NCBI GenBank assembly: GCA_013265495.1
Contig: MU058844.1
Location: forward strand, 1,556,941-1,620,940
Direction: 5' to 3'
DNA: 64,000 nt
From: Vicugna vicugna
Lineage: Eukaryota
Both the position numbers and the translations under genes were made by a program. How positions within the stretch are numbered: the first letter of the stretch is position 1; each line of letters starts with the position of its first letter. The notes beneath the pieces were generated by a model. That model saw only the letters and a list, made by a program, of their open reading frames with translations, had not been told where the DNA came from and searched no databases. Below, piece by piece: positions 12,148-23,390 of this stretch.

Positions 12148-13544
12148 TTAGTATTATTACTTAAAAATAATTATAGATGATACTCTTTTGTATGTATCAT
12201 GTATTTTATGAGAAGCTAAAAAAACCCAAAAAGCCTAACAGTGGTTTCACTAAAATCTGTCTACGACATTGAGAGAACACTAACACATCAGCAGCAACAT
12301 TGTGCACGACACTGCACCGACTAAAGATGGTGTCCCTGGCACAGAGCTAAGTGCTGTAGAAAACAGTACTGGCCCAACAGGAGACATGCTGGATTGAGCT
12401 GGGTAGAAAGGAGGAAAATGTGAAGGATGTATGGTAGACTTGCAGGTCTGTTCATTCGGTACCTATAAGATGACTCCTGGGAACTTCAGTATGAATTTGA
12501 GAGGAACTTGCAGTGAAGTTCTCACAGATATAGTGGGAACAGATCAGAGAAATACGGTACACAGTGAGTCTACACACTATTGTGGCCCTGTGTTCATGGA
12601 TTATGCAAATTGTACATAATAATAGCCTTGATTCTCCTTCTGGTCTTGGGAGCAACCTTAAAATTTTTGCTTCTGTCTACTACCAGCCTCCACTGGTCTT
12701 TTCTTTTGTGTTTCAATTCTCTATACTCCTCTTTGGTTGCCCAGTAACATACCATGGAGAAGCAATTTGCAAAGTGGAGCCATGGTGCTTAGAAACATTC
12801 ATTCCACTCTTAGGGAGAACACTTTGCTCTCAGGGTGTGGTTTTCTTTTTTCATCATAGGCTTAGGAACATTAAAATAGCAGCATAGCAAAGATATCTGT
12901 TAAAATTCTTATCTATGGGTCAGGATATTAAAATGCCATGTAATTGGAGCTTCTGTTTAGAAATATTAATAACTATTGCATTGAAAACCAACCTAGTAAT
13001 AAATGAGAAAACAGCAAGCCAGGAGGGTTTGTATAATTTCACTCAATTCTATGTTCTACTCAATTTCCCAGGCAAAAAATAAATTATGTTTGAAAATCAG
13101 TCACGCAATATTTCTGGCCACTTTTCATGAAAGAGGATTATCTGTTACAATTCTCTGAGGCTTTAACCCCATGTGACATAGTAACAATTTAGGACAGAGC
13201 TGTAAGCCAGGCTTACATAGGCAAGAGGCAGCCAGGCATGATTTGAGGGGTTCCGAGGGCTGCCCACCACAAAGTATTAACTCTCCCTGCTGTCTTCCTG
13301 TTGTTTCTGAAAGGTGGATTCATGCTCTCGTCTTCTGAAGTTGAAAGCTTTTTTGTCTTTGTCGTTTGCTTATCAATAATGTGTCTTTTTTATTATCCAT
13401 GAGGAATATCCAGTTTACAAACCAGAAAGAGTATTTTCTGATGTCTATCACTTGCTGCTCTCACCTGGCAGACAAACTAATTATGAATGACTTGGCTACA
13501 CGGGAGGGTAGTGATGGCAGCAGTGGTGGTTGTTACTGTTGCTT

Positions 13545-14010
13545 CAATTGAAGTAAAACTTGCACAAAGTGAAGCAGTGTTCAGTGTTCAACTCAATAAA
13601 TTTTTATACAGGTGTATGGTCAAGTAGCCAGCACCCTGAAGCTCATTCCTTTCCCTTTCCAGTCAATACACAGCTCTGTCTCCCCTCCCACACACACCAA
13701 AGGTAAACACTATTCTGACTTTTAATCACCACAGCCTGGTTTTTGCCTATTTTAGGACTTTTTATAAGTAGAATCGTTCAGTATGGACTCTTTGGTGTCT
13801 GTTTTTTTCAGCTTCACATTATACGTGTGAGATTCATTCATACTGTTGCACATATCAGTGGTTTGTTCTTTTTCATTGCCGTATACTCTTCTACAGATAT
13901 ACTACAATTTAACCATTCTACTGATGGTAGACATTTGGGTTGTTTCTAGTTTTTGATTATTTTAAATATGAACATTTTTGTACATATTATCTTGGTGGAC
14001 ATGTGTATGT
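13545..14010 (-). mobile_element. Old L1M(C/D/E) 3' fragment
   Basis: aattgaagtaaaacttgcacaaagtg...aaaggtaaacactattctgactttt...gagattcattcatactgttgca...gacatttgggttgtttctagtttt. Confidence 0.85.
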
Positions 14011-14452
14011 CCTAACAGCTTACACCAGCACTTAGCTGAGGTAGGAAGGACCATGTCCATAAATATATTTCTGTATCTTAACACTGCTGTGAAGGTAATA
14101 CTGAGAGTGGGCATATCGAGGGCAGGGAGCTAGGTGCATGGGAAGATAAGATACCAAAGCTGAATAGACATGAAGTCTAGAAACGGTGGTACTGAGGACT
14201 GACATGTGTGTATCTTGGATTATATCCCGATTCTGGGGTAGAAAATTAGAATCTGCTATGCCTAAGCAGATGAAATCTGAGAGACAGACCATTAAAGTGT
14301 GTAACCTACACAGGATTTGTCTGCAAGGATTTTTTTGGGTTTTGTTTTTTTGAACAGTGCTCATTTGAATAAATTCCCCTTTTGCACGTCTAGCATTCTA
14401 TTCTTACCATCTTCCTTTTGTTCATTTTAGAGACACAAAGTCGAGGTTAATC

Positions 14453-14514
14453 TGTGTGTGTGTGTGTGTGTGTATGTCTGCCTTTCACACACACACACAC
14501 ACACACTCACACAC
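14453..14514. repeat. Facing (TG)n and (CA)n microsatellites (inverted repeat)
   Basis: (TG)10 at 14453-14472, a 13-nt spacer, then (CA)n at 14486-14514. Confidence 0.95.
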
Positions 14515-15999
14515 TGACATATTTCAAAGCAAGGGCTGACTTAATTAGCCAGAATAGAAGCAAGGATAAATAAAGGGATTTCTGAGAAAACAAATTTCAG
14601 TTTGTTTGTGGGCATGCATGCCAAAGCAAAAAAGTTTTGAAGGCAGCTAAGGCTTTGGGCAAATTCTAATAACACTGAAGGGTGAGGAAATAGGCAAGGA
14701 AGCAAACAATGTGATTCTGGCATCCTGCTGGTGATTCAGAAAATTCTGATTCAAAAACAAGGATTATTTTCAAAGGCCTTTTGACAGAGCTGCCAGCTCC
14801 TCAGCTGTCAGCCACTCTCCAGAGACCCTAATGAGCTCTTCCTTGTCAGGGCTTTCTGTCTAAACAAGAAATCGCTAGTCTCTCTATCTGCCACCCTGCA
14901 GCGAAGGCACCTACCTTTGCTTTGCATAGTATAAATTATTATTTAATGTAAACACTTGTTCAGGTTGATCAGTAGGTTGTTTCTGTCAACCTACATCAAT
15001 GTGGTCTTTAATGCGTCAGCGACTCAACAGCAGAGTGTATGTGTAAACAGGTGGTCAGAAAGAGCTTTTCTGTTGAGACACTAATAGGTATTTCTTCTAA
15101 AGAAGTTGCTATAACTATCTTCAGGATTTAAGATTCCTGAAGCTCTTTTAGATGGTCAGAATACTTTACCTTATTTTCCTCAGTAACAGCAAATCATAAT
15201 AAGGGGCAATAAAGCTGACATCCCAGAGAAAGAATGCTTTAAATATATTTAATCAGTCTCATTGCTTCTTCTCTGCACTATCCAAGAAAGATCCTGGCCA
15301 AATTCTATATATAGAGCTTTAAATATAAAATTTCAGTTTTGGAATCAGAAACTCTTTTTTAAATGGACCTTTGTTATTAGATAACACAAAGAGCATCATT
15401 TTCTAAAATAAGCTTTTTGGCTAATTTCTTCATATTCTTTGAGGAAAAAAAAAATTCACTGTCTTTTCTTCTCTCCTCCACATTAAATGGTGTTTTCCCA
15501 TCTTCAGTTTTCACATTCTTCCTCAGTAGAGCCTGGGGGTCAAGAGCATGCACCTTGGATTAATTCATACCTGGGTTTCAGTTCTGGCCGAATTCTTCTT
15601 GGTTCTCTTTTCTGACATTCATTCCTTGTCTGTCATCTGATGTGTCATCAGTGTGTTTGGAATTAACTCCTACTCTACTCTGTTGTGACGTTTCCTTTTC
15701 TTTGATTAAAGTCTCTTCAGACATCCCAATTTTCTTAGTAAATTTGCCTCACATTTGAGAAAAAGAGAAACTACCCATTTCATTAAAAAAGATGAAAAAA
15801 CTATTTCAACCTCCTCCAAAATGCTCAAACTATATTTTTTAAAGTTTGTTTCTACAGTCAAATGAAACAATTAAAAAGAAAAACAGAAAACAAAAGAGAA
15901 GGAGAAAGAAAGAAAGAATAAAAGCATTCAGTGTCTACATTTTACAACCTTGAGTCTGACCTCTGGTATGCTCTTACTAATCCAACCTTCCTATAGATA

Positions 16000-18010
16000 A
16001 TAATTATAACTCTGGACAAAACTTGTAAAATAATTTTTACTGCACTGGAGAATGAAGAAAGTTGAGTAAATTCTGGGCAGAAATTGATCCTTGAATAAAA
16101 GGAATGGCATGTGTGAGTGTCCCATTTTTACAAGTGGAACCAGTCTTTCTGGCCTGAAAGTTGAGAGGACAGAGAATAAGGAAATCACAGCTGCTGGGAA
16201 AGTGAAGGGAGGGCGAATCCAGGAGAGAAGAGAACCAGAGATGAGAGATTCTAAATTCTGTGTATAAATGCTGCCCAAACCTTAGACTGACTCCTGAACT
16301 ATACATTTGTGGGACAGCCTTAAAACCGTCCAATTGAGGATAAAAGAATAAAACTGATACTTCGCCAACTCAAAAGACAGAATTTTCAGGGGGAGGGTAT
16401 AACTCAGTGGTAGAGTGCCTGCCTAGCATGAATGAGGTTCAATCCCTAGTACCTCCATTAAAAAAAAAGAAGAAGAAAATAAACCCAATTACTGCCCCAT
16501 TAAAAAAAAAAAAGACAGAATTTTCAGTTTGAGAGTAGCAAAATCAATTGCTTAGTAAAATAACAACAACAAAAATCTTATTTTATCTAATCAAATCTTA
16601 TTAAATCTGTAAAAAACTTACTAAATCTGATTTTTGCTAAAATAAGAATAACAAAAATCATTGTTGGATTATTTGCTACATTCAGGACATAATTAAACAT
16701 TATTTGATGTACACAGATTTGGGAAATATGGGTCAGTAGCAAGAGAAAAGATAATCAATCAAGACTAACCTAAAGAATAACCAGATGTTGGAATTAGCAG
16801 ACTAAGGAATTTAAAGCATCTATTACAATTCAATGCAATAAAATAGAGGCAAATATACACATAAGAAATGAAAAATAGTAAACTCTGAGAAGAAATTAAA
16901 ACTGTATCCAAGAACCGTATGTAAATTATATAACTAAAAACTTCAAATCTAAAATTAAAATGTACTGCATATGCTAGCAGAAGAATAGAAATGATAGAGA
17001 AATAAATTAGTCAACTTTAATATTGAGCAATATAAGGTATTCAATCTGAGGAACAAAACAAAACAAAACAGAGTTCCAGGGACCTGAGGAACAATGTAAA
17101 AAGATGTAGTATATATATATATATATAGAGCTGGAGTTCTAAAGGGAGAAGAAGAAATGGGGTGATAAATATCTTTTAAGAAATAATGGCCAAATATTTT
17201 TACCAATTTGGCGAAAGACAAAGTTTCTGATGTAAGAAACTCAGTAAATCTAAAAAGGTCAAATGGAAAGAAAACCACACTTATGTGACATCACAGTCAA
17301 TCCACTACAAAAATCAAAGTTGAGAAGAATGTCTTGAGAGCAGCTAAAGAAAAATGACACATTATATACAGTGGAATAATGATCAATGTTAACTAATTTC
17401 TCAACAAAAACTATGAAGGCCAGAAGACAGTGTAATAGCACACTGACAGTGCTGAAAGAGGGAAACATCAACCCAGAATTCTGTCTTCAGGAAAAAAAAA
17501 AAATCTAAATATCCTTCATGAAATAGAACAAAATAAAAACCTTTTCACCTAAAAGAAAAATAAAAAGTAAAGGGAATCAAATTACCAAGTGGGCCTGTGC
17601 TACAAAAAAAGGCTAAAGGAAATGCTTCAGAATTAGGGGAAATGATAGCAGATAGAAACTTGGATCTTCAGGAAGCAATTAAAAGCATTAGAAAAAGTCT
17701 GGATAAACATAAAGACTATGCCATTCTTAATTTCTTTGAAATATATAACTGTTAAAGGGAAAAGTTACAATATTGTTTATGAGGTATTTACTGTATGAGG
17801 AGGCAATGAATATGACAATCGTAATGTAAGGGACAGGAAAAAGGGGTGAATGGCCCTATATAGTCTGCATTTTATGTGGAGTAGCACAATATTAACTCTA
17901 AGAAGACTGTGGAAAGTTAGAGGTGTATATTGTAATTCCAAAGAAGTCACTAAAAAATCACTGAAAAATAACACCAAGAAGCATAGGTGAAAGCCAATAA
18001 ACACATCCAA
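16000..18010 (+). mobile_element. Old L1M 5' half (5' UTR, decayed ORF1, inter-ORF), interrupted by a SINE
   Basis: 17180-17480 gives decayed ORF1 motifs: gaaataatggcc ~EIMA, gaaaaccacac ~KTT, ttgagagcagctaaagaaaaa ~LKAAREK, actatgaaggccagaagacag ~TMEARRQ. Confidence 0.85.
16390..16509 (+). mobile_element. Vic-1-type camelid tRNA-derived SINE with a perfect 18-bp target-site duplication
   Basis: ggggagggtataactcagtggtagagtgcctgcctagcatg...ggttcaatccctagtacctccattaaaa...aataaacccaattactgcccc with an A tail; A-box and B-box present. TSD aaaagacagaattttcag at 16372-16389 and 16510-16527. Confidence 0.9.
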
Positions 18011-18650
18011 ATTCTCATCAAATTTGGATTGTAAAATACTTGAAAAATACTTGATACAATATAATTTAACTATGTTTTCCCATTCTGAATCTGCACATTA
18101 GCTTAGGGGGAAAAAAAAAATGCATTTGAAGAAGGCTTAAGATGAGTGCTGTTTATTTTGATTTAAGACCAAACAGAGTATTCTTGATGAAGACTTCTGT
18201 GATCGAGTCAAAAAAAGCATTTGTGGTTCAAAATTTCGGTTTTAACTTCTAAAACTAAAACCATCTGCTCTGTCCCATGAAAATCTTTTTGACCTTGTTT
18301 CCCTTGTCCCATATTTAGTGCGCCCCTGGGAGAGGGTTTCCATCTCCCTTTATTCCCATTCACACACTAGGAGCAAATCTAGAAGCTCGTGGGAAGGAAG
18401 TGTATGGATATCACTGGGAAAATAAACAAACAGGCCTGAAATTCCTGGAACACCCATGTATTTTTTCTAAGAATAGATGAAATAATAAATTATGACCATT
18501 ATTTTAAACCAGATATGACAATCAAGGTCACAGAGATCACATCTGTAAGGTATCTACCTATCTCATTTAGAAATGGTGAAAATATGCAAATTCCTTTTTT
18601 GTTCAGAATATTTTTGATATACCTGTACTTTGTATACTCATATTCATATT

Positions 18651-19122
18651 TACAGTTGGTCCTCTGTATCCATGAGTTCTGCATCTGCATATTCAACCAA
18701 ACTCAGATCAAAAATATTATTTAAAAAATTCCAGATGATTCCAAAAAGGAAAACTTGAATTTTGTGCACTGGCAACTATTTACATAACATTACATTGTAT
18801 TTACAACTATTTCATAGCATTTACATTAGATGTTATAAGTAGTCTAGAGTCATCTTCTGTTATCTGTGGGGAATTGGTTCCAGGAGCCCCTGTGGATATC
18901 AAAATCCACAGATGTTAAAGTCCCTTTTATAAAATGGTGTAGTACATACCTGTGGATGGGAAACCTGTAGATATGGAGGACTGACTGTGTGTGGGAGGAT
19001 GTACCTAGATTATATATGCAAATACTACACTGTTTTATAAAAGGGACTTGAGCATCCTTGAATTTTGCTATCTTCAGGGGGTCCTGGAACCAATCCCTTG
19101 TGGATATCAAGGGATAACTCTA
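18651..19122. mobile_element. Tigger2/MER2-family MITE containing an inverted short copy of the same family (~18849-18987)
   Basis: TA-cagttggtcctctgtatcc ... gggtcctggaaccaatcccttgtggatatcaagggataactc-TA; colinear with the second copy at 29251-29500. Confidence 0.85.
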
Positions 19123-19819
19123 TATACATAAAGGAGAAATATGCCCATTCCTGTCCAAAATAAAGCAAAAGAATGTTACAATATGATTTCACCATGGGTG
19201 ACTGTCAGAGTTGGATTTTGTTATGAAGGGTTGGAGGTTGTAAGTAAATTTGCATCTGGATTTACAATCTACCCAGAACATTTTTCCACTCTTATGGACT
19301 AAGAGGGGAAGAAAGATCAGAAATGCCTTCCCTCTTACGGAGTACTTCCTTGATGTTTCCTGGGGAGAATTAATTACAGTCTTGGCATAACCCCTCTATC
19401 AGCTTCTCCCTGCTCCTTCTCTTCCTATCCGTGAATGAGAAATTCCAGCTTGAGGGCTCAGAAAAATTGAAACAGCTACAGTGCAAATAATATCTAAAAG
19501 CTATTTGTGTATTATATTAACCAGGGAATAAGTGCACATGAAACCTTTTTAACTGTTTTGTTTTGGAGATTCTTAAAAGTGGTTTTAGTTCTAACTGTAT
19601 TCAGCATTGTTTTTCTTGTATTCTTCTCCTCTCATGCTTAAAAGAATCAAGGACCATTTCAACTCAGAGAGAGAAATTTCATCCCCAACACTTTCATGAC
19701 TTGTTGTCTCTGCCAGAAACTTAATTCTCAACATGAAAGATACAGTAAGTAAAGCTGTAAGTTAAGATCTATAGGAGAATGACGGTTCTCAAGTTTTATT
19801 ACACGAGATGAAATTGCCA

Positions 19820-20020
19820 TTTGACCCTGTCCCTACCTGCTGTAATCTTGACTAGTTACTCTGCTTCTTCAAGCCTTGGTTTTCCAACCTTTAAAATAGA
19901 GTACTGATGGTATCCATGCCGTAGTTACCTGCACATATTACATCAAATGAATAATTAAAAGTACTCAACACAATGTCTACCACATCGTAAGCAGTCTATA
20001 AATGTTCAATATTATCATCA
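19820..20020 (+). mobile_element. MIR SINE
   Basis: tgctgtaatcttgactagttac...aagccttggttttccaacctttaaaataga...gtactcaacacaatgtctaccacatcgtaagca. Confidence 0.7.
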
Positions 20021-20789
20021 TATTTCTGTACATTTGACTTTTTTCATCTCAGGTAATTTCCTTTCAGGATTTTTTGCAAAAACAAAACAACAACAACAAC
20101 AACAAAAACCCAAAGTCACTGTTAGCTCATCCCACCAAGCATCCATTAATAATGCAGATAGACAGGTTCACATTTTGCAGCCAGAGGCCCAAATTACCCA
20201 TAGCCTTGTCCAAAAGACAGGATAAAAGTCAGCAGGTTGAATTTTTTCCAAACTTCAGCTTGTAGCCTAGAGCATCTTGGATCCTCAGCTGCTTCATCAG
20301 AAATCCAAGTTTAGCTGATTTAAAAGAAAAATTATAAGCTACTCTCATTCAACAGTAACGTCAAAAATGTATTCTGAAGTGGATTTTTGTGCTACTCTTG
20401 ATTTATGAATGTATAAGAAATAACAGAAAATGTAAAAATATTCATAGTATGATTTCACATTTCTTAATCCTCACAAAGGTGTACACTATGTGTATATATT
20501 TCTTGACAACAAATCACTTATATATCATAGTGAGATGAATATGATAGAATTTCCAAAATACGATTAATTTGAAACATGTATATTTGTAAAACTTAAAGTC
20601 CATTTGCCACCATGAACAGAGAGATGACCCACTAAATTCCAAATGATTCCTCTGTGATACTGCCTCCAAATGTCTCTTTCTTCCACTTTGATTGAAAGTC
20701 ATCATTTTATCATTTTTCTTCTGCATCCTGTCCTGATATCCTTTCATCTTGCAGTAAAATTTCACTTCCTTCCCCACCATCAATCATCA

Positions 20790-21225
20790 GAAGACATTTT
20801 TGGTTATCTGCTCAGCTTATAACAATCCCTTCTTTCTCTGGGAATTGACTTTCCATTTACTTAGATAATTTACTCAGGAGTCTAATTTGCATGTGTAAAC
20901 CTGTTCTCCTGATGAAGGTCAGTTGGAACTTGAGTGGACACTTGATTTAAGCTGAACCAATGAGATCATCCCAGAGATTCAGAACTGGGAACAAGAATCA
21001 GTCTCTGAGGGGTGGATAAATAATAATATATTGACATGTTAAAACATTTAAACTCAGGGGCAGGAGGAAACCCAAGAGAGCAGAGCTGCAGAGAAAGCCA
21101 GTTAGTGGAGAAGAACAGTGAAGCTGAAATAGCAGCAGAGAAAGGGTACTGGCTTGAGTTCCTCACAACCTTTTAGGACATAGTTCCAGTTTCCTTGATA
21201 ACCAGTTGTACCTCTGCTTTAACCA
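20790..21225. mobile_element. Ancient ERVL/MaLR-type LTR (LTR16/MLT1K-like)
   Basis: gagtggacacttgatttaagctgaaccaatgaga...ttcagaactgggaacaaga. Confidence 0.45.
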
Positions 21226-22081
21226 TGATATATTCATTTACTCATTCAATAACTCAGTCACTACACGTTTTTTGAGTGTCCACCAGACACTGTGCTAAAA
21301 ACATTTTTGCATACTTTATCTCACTGACTTTTAATTAGAAGTCCAAACCACAAACAGCCAACCAAATAACAAAACAACAGCCGACATTTAATATACTTTG
21401 ACAACATCTCAGGAAAAATTGGAGACTTGATTGTGGCTATCATGCAGACTTCCAAGTGAAATCCCAATTGTTTTATGACAACTTTCAGCTAGGTAAGCTG
21501 AAAAAAAGTTTCTATTTATAAAACTTAGTGCGACCTTCCAAGATTGCAATGGCAAGCAGATGATAATCTCTGGTCATTACTATGACCTACTTAAAGTTTC
21601 AAATAATCACCTGAGAATTTTGATGTGAGGAAGAAAAGTCACAAGGTAGCAGAAATATGATTTTTCATTTCCACTTGTGAAATGCAGCGACTAAGGATGT
21701 AAGGCTATTGGCACCTAATGCCTGACGGCGAAAGAAAAATGGATCTCCTGATCTACTGTTTCTAACTTACTATGTCTATAGAGCATAATGCTGCAAGTCT
21801 ATGGATATCAGTCTCTAGGGAAAACATATTTTTAGATTATTCTAAATGTAAGATGTGGAGAAATTATAATTTGTTCTATGAGTAGCCAACTTTACAAGAG
21901 AAAAGAATGTACTTATTTAGCTAGTAGGTGTAAGTCATTTGTCAGGGTAATGCTGATTCTTTTTCCACTGAGGAAGCAGAATTGTTTGTGTTCAATCAAG
22001 GCATTAAACTCATTGAATTCCTATAGTAAATACCAGCTAGCATGATGTGGCTTTTTGCTGGAGGGAAGGCATAGGTAGTTT

Positions 22082-22746
22082 TGAGACAGGAGGGAAGGGG
22101 GCAGGGCACAGCCTTTCAAGGAATGACAGCAATTAACACCAAAATGGCAGAAGATTCAACTCCCAGTTGCCCTTGAGGATTAAGATGGCGGGAGGTTTGA
22201 CTTCTAGTAGACCTTGTTCTTCATTATATGCTCATTGTTAACATATTAGCATGATAAATAACATTTCCACAGGCCCCATGACAGTCCCAAGGCTAACCAC
22301 AAAAGGTCAAAGAGTGGGTGGTGGCCCAATTCCTGGGAATCCCAGCCCCTTCTCCAGGGTAGCTGGAATAGTCCCCCCACTTGTAGGCGTGAAGCTACTG
22401 AGCCCACAAAAACTGGCAACACCACGCCTCCTGGCCACCTCTCTCACTCCCTCCTCTTTGGAGGCGGCCCACACTCTGTCTGTGGAGTGTGTACCTACTT
22501 TTACTTTAACCTGAGCACTCAACCCCCACACCTCAGGGCCTTTCTCTTGCTTTTGAAACAGCCTACACTCTATATAGTATGTATCTCTCTAAATAAATCT
22601 ACCTTTACTCAACTGTGGCTCACTCTTGAATTCTTTCCGGGGTGAAGCCAAGGACCCACACCTGGCGGGGCATGTCCCAGGGGCTCCACCGAGACCTTGG
22701 ACATGGCCGTCCTCATGCCCCACATCACCTACACTTCCTGAGTCCA
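22082..22746 (+). mobile_element. Relatively young ERV1-type solo LTR
   Basis: Starts TGagacagg and ends near ...cttcctgagtcCA. GC-rich with retained CpGs. aataaatctacctttactc...ttgaattctttcc...gaagccaaggaccc is the typical ERV1 R/U5 signature. No clean TSD seen. Confidence 0.85.
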
Positions 22747-22849
22747 TGTTATTACCACCCATTTAGAGTTTTTTAATCCATTACATGTCTAGTTGAGTCA
22801 AAACTGCTCAAATCTGACTTTCTCAAAGGGGTTTGTCCACACTGTTGAA

Positions 22850-22980
22850 TTTCATATCCCCTCTCCATCCCATCTAGAATAAAATTCTAATTCCTTCCCG
22901 TACCTGAAAGACTATATCTGACTTTGGTCTAGGGCTTCTCTCTGGTCTTACTTTTCCCCACACTTCCCCTTGGCCTCAAA
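22850..22980 (+). mobile_element. L2 fragment
   Basis: ctccatcccatctagaataaaattctaattcctt...tatatctgactttgg. Confidence 0.45.
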
Positions 22981-23012
22981 TAGGTGCTCAAACTGAATTA
23001 GAGAAAAATAGT

Positions 23013-23390
23013 TGTATTAGTTTGTTAGAGCTGCCATAACAAAGTACCACAGACTAAGAGGCTTAAACAACAGAAAATTTCTCACAGTTCTGGAGGCTAA
23101 AAATCTGAGATGGAGGTTTTGGCAGGGTTTTCTCTGAGGCCTCTCCTTGGCTTATAGACAGCCATCTCCTCTGTCTTCACATGGTCTTCCCTCTGTGCAT
23201 GTCTGTATCCTACCTAATCTTCTCTTCTTACAAGGACACCAGTCTTGTTGGACTCAGCCCACCCATATGACTTCATCTTACCTAATTACCTCTTTACAGA
23301 CCTTATCTCCAAATACAGTCACATTCTGAGCTCCTGGGGAATTGGACTTTAACATACAAATTTGGGGAGTATATAATTCAGCCCATAACA
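23013..23390 (-). mobile_element. MLT1B-like MaLR solo LTR
   Basis: tgtattagtttgttagagctgccataacaaagtaccacagact ... ccaaatacagtcacattctgag...aattcagcccataaca; both termini present. Confidence 0.92.

Noticed and set aside
16390..16460. tRNA gene
   Set aside because: Has A and B boxes but an incomplete cloverleaf, an A-rich tail and a TSD, so it is a SINE.
20908..20920. 13-mer CCTGATGAAGGTC identical to the start of the hammerhead-like core
   Set aside because: Lacks the closing GACCT-GAAA and lies in an old LTR-like region; treated as coincidence.
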